The position numbers were made by a program, and so were the translations under genes. From Mytilus edulis (Eukaryota), in the NCBI RefSeq assembly GCF_963676685.1, contig NC_092346.1, positions 71,114,001-71,178,000 of the forward strand: 64,000 nt of DNA. The letters run 5' to 3'. Numbering within the stretch: the first letter of the stretch is position 1; the number at the start of each line of letters is the position of its first letter. Below the pieces are notes generated by a model that searched no databases, had not been told where the DNA came from, and saw only the letters and a program-made list of their open reading frames with translations. Shown in pieces: positions 53,701 through 64,000 of the stretch.

Positions 53701-55108
53701 ACCTTCATCATAGCTTTTAGTTAACATTTCTATTTCAGCCTCTGATGGACTCTGTCCTAACGCTCTCATCACTGTACCTAGCTCTTGGGGATTGATAAAA
53801 CCATCATTGTCCTTATCAAACAATGTAAAACATTCTTTAATTTCTGAAATAATTGATTTATAAAGTAGATTTTAAACTTGAAAGCATAGCTATATATGTA
53901 TATGCATTTATTATATTGTCAATATAATGGAATTTTATGCGACTGTCATACAAGTGAGAGGTTAAGTTAGCTATAAAACCAGGTTTCATCCACCGTTTTC
54001 TACATAAGAAAATGCCTGTACCAAGTCAGGAATATGACAGTTGTTATCCATTCGTTTGATGTGTTTGAGCTTTTGATTTTGCCATTTGATTAGGGACCTT
54101 CCTTTTTGTATTTTCCTCGGAGTTCAGTATTTTTGTGATTTTACTTTTTATCAAGAGTTTATCAAAGAAACATTTTATCAGATCCTATGATGCATCTATC
54201 TTTTAAATGAAAAGCATGCGTGTCGGATTCGTATATCGTTTAATCAAACAAAGGTATTAATTGTATTGAATGGGTTCTTTTTTCTAGTGCTGTGTTTGTA
54301 CTTTATATCTGCCATAGTTGATATTTGATTGCTTGTACTGTCCTTTCATACTGTAATTTGTGTTGTTAAATTTCAACGACTATCGGTCATATTTTCTCAA
54401 AATAAGAAGGCATGAATTACGCCTGAGTTATAATATTTGGTATATATACCTGTTATTTGATCCTCTGATAGCCCGTCAGCCTGTAATAAAGAAGAAAATA
54501 ATCGAACATAGCTATGGTATCGATAAAGGGTGTTTTTTTCAAATTGAAAGTTACCATCATTGGGTTGCTTCCTCTAATGGCAACTTGTTAGGCTAAAAGG
54601 TTTTATTGGTAAAATAGATAACGCTTGTATTCTTATTACTTTGGAAATAAAGGATAATAGGAGAAGCACATTTATAGACAAAATCCCATTTGATTACTTT
54701 GATACTGATACTCGTAACACTTTGATTGCTTGTTTTTCATGAAAGTTGCTTTAAGGTCTTCAAGGATGAAAAAATTAAAACTTTATACTAAACAAGACAG
54801 TCTCTAACGTTGACTAACGTGGTATTTTTTTTATCATCAACCATCGCTACATGTGTCTTTGAAGGTAAATACGAGCGAGTTATAGATACATTTCAACAAG
54901 ACTCGTTAATTATTTCAGTTGAATGGCCGAATAAAACTGAAAACTTTCGGGACACAATTTTATCTTTGCAGCAAAATAATGTTTATTTATTAACTTAAAA
55001 AAATAAAAGAAATTATAAGCTTTCGGTTGTATGCAATATTACAATTGCTTTTGAAAGTACGATTACAGCATTGAAAAAATAAAACAAATATTGTGTTTTA
55101 CTTACCAT
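50798..55108 (-). CDS. Calmodulin-like gene 2 (149 aa). Exons 55106-55108, 54450-54480, 53700-53843, 51993-52235, 50798-50826
   Basis: [48 protein letters not shown]...[20 protein letters not shown]; canonical splice sites. Confidence 0.93.
51507..51953. mobile_element. Fold-back MITE, ~447-bp imperfect palindrome
   Basis: Arms pair over their full length (TAGAATGAAATT...GTGTGG / CCACAC...AATTTCATTCTA), centre ~51730. Confidence 0.9.
53232..53690. mobile_element. MITE-like element
   Basis: Imperfect TIR TAAGGTCCAAGAACACAA / TTGTGGTCTCGGACCATA. Confidence 0.55.
53915..54149 (+). repeat. PLE family B 3'-terminal repeat
   Basis: Well-preserved copy of the common 250-bp repeat. Confidence 0.8.
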
Positions 55109-55643
55109 ATCGACTGTACATGTGTATATTTTAGTGCACTAGAGTTAGAATGGTGTCGAAACAGTTGTAAACACGACACCTATTTTCTTTAGAAATTGAT
55201 TTAATTAATTTGCTTAACGATCCGGTACACTGCTGACTTTCTCTTTGTCTTACTACAAGTCAACGAAAGTTAAAAAGCCAATGTTCACAAGTTTAAATGA
55301 TTCATTTTCCAATATATGTGTATGTACCTGCTAATTTATAATTCATTGTGGTTCGTGTAACCCCTGCTGTTTTCTGCAAATTAAAAGTAATTATATTGTC
55401 AATAATTAATTTCTTGTCAGCGATAGCATCACCTATACATTGTACATATAATTGCAGTTACTGTAAGTTTGGTATAGTATTTGTAACATTGTGATTGATA
55501 TTTCCTATTAAATAATTATAAACGCATGAATGGCATAATATAATTTTGGCTATTTGTAACTAATGAAATGAGATTTCTTTTGTATGGTATATATCAATGT
55601 CCAAAACTAATTGTAAATATATAGCTTTGCTTTACTTTTTATA
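55109..55643. promoter_or_regulatory. Putative bidirectional promoter/5' UTR region between calmodulin-like genes 2 and 3
   Basis: Divergent ATG|GTAAGT first exons separated by 535 bp of repeat-free sequence. Confidence 0.65.
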
Positions 55644-58600
55644 ATGGTAAGTTTTTTAAATACTGATTATATAAAAAAAAAAATCACATAAAATGTGTAT
55701 TTTGTTACAAGTCTTTTGTACCAAATGAATATGCATTCGTTGTATGATATTAACTTCACGTCTTAGCAAAAAAAAAATAACATTGTGTAAAATTTATTAT
55801 GGATCAAAAATTGGTTGGACATTTTTTAAGTAAGAAGCATACCAAATGACGTATAAAGTATTTTAGTTATATGAATCGACAGTTATATAAAGAAGACACC
55901 AGGATATCTTATTTTGAAATATATTTTTTCAGGCTTCTTCATTAGGCCAGGCAGAAAAAGATGGTACGTAGAAACTCACCCGATATTTAAACAAAACCGT
56001 TTTTAAATGTTTTATTTAATACATATTAACTTCAATAAGAAGGAACTTTTTTTATTTTTTATTTTTATTTTTATTTTTCCATGAGCGTTTATTTATTTAA
56101 AAGACTTATTCGTTTTTGCCATATTGGATCAGACAGAATAAAATACTAAGGCTTTTCCACCTCAGGAAAAGATTACCTTAGCTGTATTTGGCAAAACGTT
56201 TTGGTCCTCAATGCTCTTCAACTTCGTACTTTATTTAGCCTTTTTAACATGTTGTTTATACGAGCGTCACTGATGGGTCTTTTGTAGACGAAACGCTCGT
56301 CTGGAGCAAATATAAAATTTCAATCCAAGTATCTATGATGAGTTTACAGTACTTACATTTCATTCTTAAAGGTAAAAAATAAACAGATTATTCAAATATA
56401 TTAAAACACATATCTGTATTCGTCATTTATAACAACACCTATTCTACATTTTAAATCTGTTGTTTCAGAAATCAGAGATGTGTATGATTTGTATGACATA
56501 GAGAAAACAGGAAAATTACCACAGGATGACTATGCTACTATAGTTCGTGGTATGGGACACAACCCCTCAGAGAAAGAGCTACAAGAAATGTTTCAATCAA
56601 CAAGACCAGATCGTAAGTGTAACAATAATTTATCTTACCTCCTATACATTTCTAGGAAAATGATTGGTTAAAAGCGTCCTCGTGGAAACCGTGTATATTT
56701 GATATTAGGTTAGTAGGGAGGCGGGGCTTATTTCATACACGGTTAGTAGTGGAGTTACGTCCCTTTATATTCCATATAAGGTTGTAGGGAGGAGGGGCTA
56801 ATTTCATACACGGTTAGTAGTGGTGTTACGTCCCTTTAGAAAAACAAAACAGTACTTAGAAAAAATCTTAAAGGTTTCAACAGACGAAGAAATTGATGAT
56901 TAAGATTGAAATAAATTTATAAAACACTAAAAATCTAACAAAAAAACAAGTTGTCAATGTTGGCATCTGTTTTTTTTATTGGATAAATGGAGTAGTTTCT
57001 TAATCATGTTAATGCTAACTGTAATGAAGACTTGCTCATTTTGATAGGTCACTGGTCTAAATTTTACACGTTAAGATAGTCGGTAAGATAAATTCGTTAC
57101 ATAGTGTGCTAGTGACGTAATACGGTATATATGGGGTCAGTAAATTCCATATGGGGATTCGAGCTTCGCTCTCACCCCATATGGAATTTACTGACCCCAT
57201 ATATACCGTATTAGGTCACTAGCACACTATGTAACTAATAATACGGTATATCATACTATCATACTGTAACCATGCAAGTCATTTAGAATATGTTTAAATA
57301 TAATAATTCTTAGCTGTAAAATATATTCCCCAAGACTGTAATATCATAACATTGAATATTTTCGGAACTAGTGATTATTATGCCGAAGTTTCTTATTGAC
57401 AACATATTTGTTGAACTTGGAGGTAGACATTCTCAACAAATTGTCGGCATTCCTATGGAAACGAAGTGTGCGCCTCTCTTTGCCGACCTCTTCTTATTTT
57501 CATATGAGTCGGTGTTACTTCAGACACTTATTTATAAAATACAAGACATATTAATGAAACACTATCTTTTAATTTCACATTCAGATGTATTGATGATGTT
57601 CTTTCCATTAAAAATCTAAACTTTTGTAACTGGATTCCATTAAATAAAGGCAACAATAGTATACCGCTGTTCAAATGCCATAAATCGATTGAGAGAAAAC
57701 AAATCCGCTAAATCCCCCAGAACTAGAAAATAAAGAAACAACAGACACGGCTTCCTCCGCCTCATTTAGACGTCAAATTTGACATACGAGGTCATCTCAG
57801 TATAATGTTTTTTTTTATAGTGATTAGGATTGTAACACAATGTTGACAGCTGTACCCTAATTTTGACATTTTTACCTATTATGTCTGGGTTTTTTTTGTT
57901 CTCACATCGTTGTCAATATAATGGAATTTGATGCGACTTCCATACAATGAGAAGTTTAGCTAGATATAAAACCAGGTTTAGTCAATCATTTTTTACATAA
58001 GAAAATGCCTGTACCAAGTCAAAATACGACCGTTGTTATCCATTCAATAGATGTGTTTGAACTTTTGATTTTGCCATTTGACTACGGACTTTATGTTTTG
58101 AATTTTCCTGGGAGTACTTTATTTTTGTTGTTTTACATTTTTCATGTACGAAACACGAGTTTTGCGTACACGGTTATAAGCCTGGTATCTTTGACGACTT
58201 TATGTAAGCTAGTATATTTTCCAATATTGATGGAGTTCGATGAGTGGATGCTGGAAAATGTATTCTTAATCCCACTTTGGTGTGTTTTTATCATGATGGT
58301 TTTCAATCTGATTCTTACCGTTTTGGGATGAACGATTTTAGTTTGATTTGGATAAGACTTTCCTTGCTGACAAAATCCTGCTCAGTAATTTAAATTAATT
58401 TGCTCTAGACTTAGCGGAGAAATAAAAAGCTGTCTTCATCAGAAAAGTGTTTTTTCATCGAATTACCAGGGCGTAAGAAGAGTTCAAATCTATCCCTATA
58501 TCCAGATATGAATAAAATTAACGTTACACTGTAGATAGAATTAGGAATTTAATTTCTTAATTCAAGTATATTATTAAACAATTTCCAGAAAGATTTCCCT

Positions 58601-60487
58601 TAGTTATGTATGAGCCCAATGTAAGGTTCTGCTAATGATTGCAACGATAACTTATAATTATCTACTAAAGGTGCTGGAATGGTGGACTATAGTGATTTCC
58701 TCGATGCATATGCAAAGCACTTTAATACCAAAAAGAACGAAGAACGAGAAATACGGCAAGCTTTCAGAGTTTTTGACAGAAATGAAGAAGGTTTAATAGA
58801 TGCCAATGAACTAAAACAAATTGTCACAACAAGAGGTGAACGACTATCAGAATCGGAAGCAAAATCTTTGATTAAACAGGCAGAGGTGGATAGTCAAGGG
58901 AAAATAGATTATGAAGGTGAGTGTCTTTTTTCTAATTTTACAATGCTATGAGTTTGAATGTTATTCTTTTAAATTTCAGCCACGATATTGTGTTTATCCT
59001 TCTTCTACTTATGATTTGTATTGCTAATTCAGTATGTTAAATATTTCTTTGTCAATAATATACTTCACGTAAGAACAGAGTAATTGTGTCCCAAAAAGAC
59101 TGATACTAATATCTTGATTAACATGTAAGTGGTAAGTACAAAACCATTTTTAGAGAAAGAATTAAAATGAGGAGAACTATATACATGATATAAAAAAACT
59201 ACCTACTAAAATAATTGTTCTTATGGTCAAAACTTTCTTCATTTCCCTAAGCCTTTATATTGCTTTGCGTGTTCATTAAAGCATTGGCTGTGAAGCAGGA
59301 AGATGGACGAGGGGTACTATTTCACTTCACTTTCGAAGTTGTGGGTGTAGCTATGCTATGTTTTCATTTTTATACGCCCGTCAAAATTTTGACGGGACGT
59401 TTTATGGTATACAAATGTCCGGTGTCCGTCCGTCTGTCTGTCCGTCTGTCTGTCCGTCCGTCTGTCCGTCTGTCTGTCCGGCGTAAACATGTCGCACCGT
59501 AACTTGAGAACGACTTATCCAAATTTCATGAAACTTAACATAGTTGTTTCTTATGATGGTCAAATGATCTGTATACTTTTTGGTGAAAATTAGATTAAAA
59601 CTTTTTGAGTTACGGCACTTTGTAACTAAAACAGGGGTGTGTGTTTTTCACATGTCGCACCGTATCTCAAAAACGATTCTTGATTATGGCTTAAAACTTT
59701 AAACACTTCTTAGTTATATTAATCTTAATATCTGTATACTTTTTGGTGATGATTCAAAATTTTATTTTTGAGTTATTGAGTATTTTGTAAAAAAGGGGGA
59801 GGGTTTTTACATGTCGCACCATATCTCATAAACGATTTATGATTATTGCTTAAAACTTTACACATGTCTTTGTTATATTAATCTAAAGATCTGTATACTT
59901 TTTGGTGATGATTCAAAATTTCATTTTTGAGTTATTGAGTATTTTGTTAAACAGGGGAGGTGTTTTTTACATGTCGCGCCGTATCTCAAAAATGATTTAT
60001 GATTATTGCTTAAAACTTTACACACTTCTTTGTTATATTAATCTAAAGATCTGTATACTTTTTGGTTTTGATTCAAAAATTTTATTTTAGTGATATTTTG
60101 TTTTTTGTAAAAAAAAAAAAAACAGGGTTGGGGGTTTCACATGTCCCGTCGTGTCTCAAAAACAATATCTGGTTATTGCTTAAAACTTTTTCAGAAACTA
60201 TTTATGATTATTGCATAAAACTTCCACACAAGACGTCGGGCGTATCATGCGCTCATGGCGCAGCTGTTTATTTTGTTTTAAATCTAATGATGATTAAATT
60301 ATAAATTAAAAAAAAAACATATAAAGTTTTAACTTTTCTATTAACGTGGGTTTAATAAAATGTAACGGTCTGAATCCTGGCGAATGAAACACTCCTCTTT
60401 CAGTAATTTCGTTATGTTTGTAGTTGTAAAACTTTAATTGTAGTAATATTCTTCTTTTCAGAGTTGACCAAAGTTATAAAGGTGTAA
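55644..60487 (+). CDS. Calmodulin-like gene 3 (149 aa, most divergent). Exons 55644-55646, 55933-55963, 56469-56612, 58671-58916, 60462-60487
   Basis: MASSLGQAEKDEIRDVYDLYD...GHNPSEKELQEM...AFRVFDRNEEGLIDANE...GKIDYEELTKVIKV*; exon sizes 3/31/144/246/26. Confidence 0.9.
56143..56345 (+). mobile_element. Retrozyme-like monomer fragment with mutated hammerhead
   Basis: Homologous to 4880-5102; core reads CTGATGG...GAAACGCTCGTC. Confidence 0.75.
57096..57235. repeat. Near-perfect 140-bp hairpin (~61-bp arms)
   Basis: GTTACATAGTGTGCTAGTGAC...CCATATGGGG / CCCCATATGG...GTCACTAGCACACTATGTAAC; loop contains GAGCTTCGCTC. Confidence 0.9.
57385..58142 (+). pseudogene. Decayed PLE family B RT fragment followed by its 3' repeat
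   Basis: FLIDNIFVELGG...QQIVGIPMETKCAPLFADLFLFSYE; frameshifted YIDDV. Confidence 0.8.
59367..60269 (+). mobile_element. HINE/pearl-like element with ~5 x 160-bp core
   Basis: ATACGCCCG/CGGGCGTAT subterminal IR, CCCGTCAAAATTTTGACGGG hairpin, (GTCC/GTCT)n, 3' hairpin TGCGCTCATGGCGCA. Confidence 0.85.
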
Positions 60488-61038
60488 ATGGAGGACATCT
60501 CTCGACAAATACAAAGCGTTTTGTGATGCTTAAAGTTATCAAAATGGAATCACTGGATATACTCATACTGTTTGATATTGATGTTTGACACTGCATACCA
60601 ATCTAACAATCTTACAACCTATTATGTTGTTAAAATATGCTTGCAATTCGGGCAATAATAGAGTCAAATAATACTTCTGACTTTGTTATAAATGAGTAGA
60701 CTTCTTATATATAACTGTTCTACATATTTCAAACTTGCAAGAAATTCTCATATCTGTAATCGATTTTGAAAACAAAAGCAATAAAGCATTTCCCCCACCA
60801 AAAGTGATCAAGTTTATGAGGAATGTAAAGTTTTCTATTGACCGTACGAGTTTTCCCCTACTTTTGATATTGTTTTTTTATGTTATGTTATGTTATGTTA
60901 TGTGGATTTTAACATGAATGAATAAATATTGATCATCAGAGCACTGATCGATCGTTTTTTCCCATCCATTTGTATAAAAGGATATGTCGGGAAAACGTCA
61001 ACAAAATAGCCACCCAACGACACAATAAAACCAAAACG

Positions 61039-61535
61039 ACATATCGTCGCTGTTATGCAAAAATCTCGTATCTCAATTTTTTGCGGAAATCTTTTTATCG
61101 ATTAATTAGAATTTAAATATGTATCTTCCACTGTATGCGAAAATATCTGATCTTCTAACCAATCATTAACCCGAATTCTGACATGTGACGAAAAAGTGTA
61201 GTCGGATTGATGACACATTTTGTTGTGCGAAAATATCGTATCTCAAAAGAAAAACACATGTCACGGCAGCTGACATTATAACAGGTACAGTTTTATCAAT
61301 TTTAGGTTCTAATATAGCTTAGAAATAATGAAAAGCTTTGAAATTACAATATATAGGTGCAGAAATTTTTGCTCGTCTTGGTAATTGATTGGTTAGAAGG
61401 TCAGATATTTTTGCATACAGTGGAACATACATATTTAATTCTAAATAATCGATAAAAAGATTTCAGTTTTTACTGCCTGGTGTAAAATTATCAAAACCTT
61501 AGATACGAGGTTTTTGCATAACAGCGACGATATGT
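61039..61535. mobile_element. MITE with long composite inverted repeats
   Basis: ACATATCGTCGCTGTTATGCAAAAATCTCGTATCT / AGATACGAGGTTTTTGCATAACAGCGACGATATGT plus an internal IR 61089-61165/61380-61462. Confidence 0.85.
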
Positions 61536-62199
61536 TTGCTATTGGCCACTGATACACATGTTATTATGTTGTTGATTAATCGGTCACTTGACTTTTATTT
61601 TGGTAAATTCCCGCCACGACTATTATTGAAGACAGAAGACAAATACCATATTTCAAGACTTCTGTTGAAGATAAATTAATTCAATTCTGATTTATAGAAA
61701 ATGTTGGTGACGGTAAAATCTATTACACGATTTAAAGAATTCTTTTATTAATATTGAGTACTGAATTACCGTTCTATTATTAATGTCTGTAGCGAAATGC
61801 CTGACGACTCTTTTGTTTTATAAACAATTTAACTGTTCTCTTTTTAATTATATTATATTTACAATGCATGAATACGCATACTTTAATGGTAACGTGTCAA
61901 TATTTTGCATTGTTAGTTGCAGACAATAGGATCAGCATGGTAAGTTGTTTTATTTATAAGAAAAATGCTATTATTTGTCTGGTTAAGTTGAATGTTTTTT
62001 CATATTTTTTTGTGTTGCTGTGGTATGATTTATTTGTGTATATTTTTAATACACTGAAAAAGAGTTGGTTGATTTGAAGAATTTTTTTGTATGATGGTTT
62101 AGTTAATAGTCAACCACGAAAGTTTTGATAATCTTTACCTAATCTTCATTTTGTAAAAGCAAATGTATCAGCTGGAACATTCAAAACATATCCCCTAGA

Positions 62200-63492
62200 G
62201 TATGGACAAAAGAAGGTTTCTGACTTTTCAATTTAACTCATTACGGCCAGTTACATATCTTTTACGACGTTCGACGAAAGAATTGTCCATTAAATTGACA
62301 AAAATTCTGTCCGCAGTGAAAGAGAGTCTTCTAAAATACTGTGAAACTGTTTACTGGCGTAGTGGTATTAACCATATCTGAATTCTAAAAAAAACTCTAA
62401 AGAACTTCTGGATAATTTTAAATCTCGATATTTCTCTGAAATTAGTTTTAAAACCCTGTATACCACCATTCCCAATGTGAAATTGAAAAATTGTTAAGAA
62501 ATAATCCACAATTTTTTTCAACATAAAAATGGTAGCATACGCTATAAATTTATGACTTTGGGATACCATACGGCATATCTTGTTAATAGTGAAAAAAAAG
62601 TCAAACATGCTACACAGAGGAACAAGAAGTCAGTATGCTGGAGTTTCTTATTGACAACATATTTGTTGAATTTGGAGGTAGATTTTTTCAACAAATTGTC
62701 GGCATTCCTATGGGACGAACTGTGCGCATTTCCTTGCCGACCTCTTCTTATTTTCATATGAGTCGGAGTTCCTTCAGACACTTATCAAAAACAAGATGAT
62801 CAAAGAAGCCAGATCATTTAATTTCACATCCAGATATATTTATGATGTTCTTTTCATTAACAATCCAAACTTTTCTGATTGGGTTCCATAGATATATCCT
62901 CCAGAACTAGAATTTAAAGAAACAACAGACACGGCTTCCTCTGCCTCGTTTTTAGACTTATACCTCGAATTTGACTTAAACGGGCATCTCAGTACCAGAA
63001 TCTATGACAAATTTTAATTTTGAAATTATCAATTTCCCCTACCTTAGTAGCAATATACCAACTTTACCTGCATATTGGATATACATTTCCCAACTCATTC
63101 GGTATTTAAATGCTTGAAGCTGCTACTCAGACTTTGTTAAACATCACCAGTGTCTGAGCAAAAAGTTGATGAACCAGGGTTATGTCAAAGAACGTCTCGT
63201 CCTTTTTCTAAAAAAAAGTTTATCAAAGATACCAAGACCTTGTTGATAATTATTCCGTATCAACTTCACAAATAATACACGATGGACTTGAAGTATAGAT
63301 CATAGGTACTGACGTTGTTTATCATCTTAATACCATGTTATATTATTATTTTATTTGTCTTTGTAAATTATTACTTTTACTGTATGGTCTATTTTTAGTA
63401 CTATCCATTTGACGTGGCTCGGTACTTATACATCCCATCATAGTGTTATTGTGCTATGGTAAAAAAAAAGTATTCTTGTCTTCGTTTTTGCC
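62200..63492 (+). mobile_element. Decayed Naiad-type PLE family B (RT region plus start of 3' UTR)
   Basis: Frameshifted LYTTIP, EFLIDNIFVEFGG, VGIPMGTNCA, ADLFLFSYE, ASFLDL, YISQLIRY and KLMNQGY motifs; stop near 63298. Confidence 0.85.
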
Positions 63493-63748
63493 TAGAACAC
63501 GGTATTAAATAAAACTGGAAATCAACATCAAGTTTAGAAAACCTGCATTACTTCTTACAGCGTAATTTCAATGTTAGTTAGATTATTTTTGAATTTGATG
63601 TTACTATATTTTTTTCTTCTTAGTTGATTTTTTCATATTCAACCTCTTTATTATGATAAAAAGACATATTTTGCATTATAACTACCGTAATAAATAAATT
63701 ACAAACACTTGATAGTGTGACTAAACCTTTTCATATTATGTAAATATG

Positions 63749-64000
63749 AAATTTGAGAACTAAGCTTATTCCATGCATGCATGGACGAAGGCAACTAACG
63801 TTAACTTAGTCCATACTTGCATGGACTAACTTTAAAGTCTGCTTGAAAAATTAAATAATTTCAAATGTCCATGTAAAGTTAGTTAAGCTCATGCATGCAA
63901 TTGGGCCAAGTTTGTTGTGTTAGTCCATGCAAGTATGGACTAAGTTAACGTTAATTGCTGTCTTCCATGCATACATGGCATAAGCTTAGTTCTCAAGTTT
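63749..64000. mobile_element. Fold-back MITE with nested palindromes (reaches the window edge)
   Basis: TTGAGAACTAAGCTTAT...GGACTAAC / GTTAGTCC...ATAAGCTTAGTTCTCAA. Confidence 0.85.

Noticed and set aside
42147-60487. Assigning the symbol CALM/CaM
   Set aside because: All three proteins are far too diverged from near-invariant calmodulin

Overview
AT-rich, repeat-dense eukaryotic DNA, most likely a bivalve mollusc (Mytilus-like, inferred from the repeat families). Host genes: (1) a ~23-kb minus-strand gene I reconstructed by hand as 15 coding exons (~1099 aa) with a bipartite-NLS-like N-terminus, SEA-like domain, acidic linker, FN3 domain, septin/AIG1-like P-loop GTPase, Cys/His cluster and coiled coil; (2) three divergent calmodulin-like genes, two of them head-to-head. 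Most notable mobile feature: a Penelope-like (Naiad-type) retroelement whose RT frame has an in-frame TGA at a conserved Cys position and whose 3' end folds into a canonical form-2 SECIS (three SECIS copies in the window), i.e. a candidate selenoprotein-encoding retrotransposon. The window also holds several hammerhead-ribozyme retrozyme families (including a 3x350-bp array), Helentron/pearl-like elements with internal satellite arrays, fold-back MITEs, and an intronic 208-bp tandem repeat that multiplies an exon end plus splice donor into five stop-containing pseudo-exons. All gene models and RNA folds were read by eye and are unverified.
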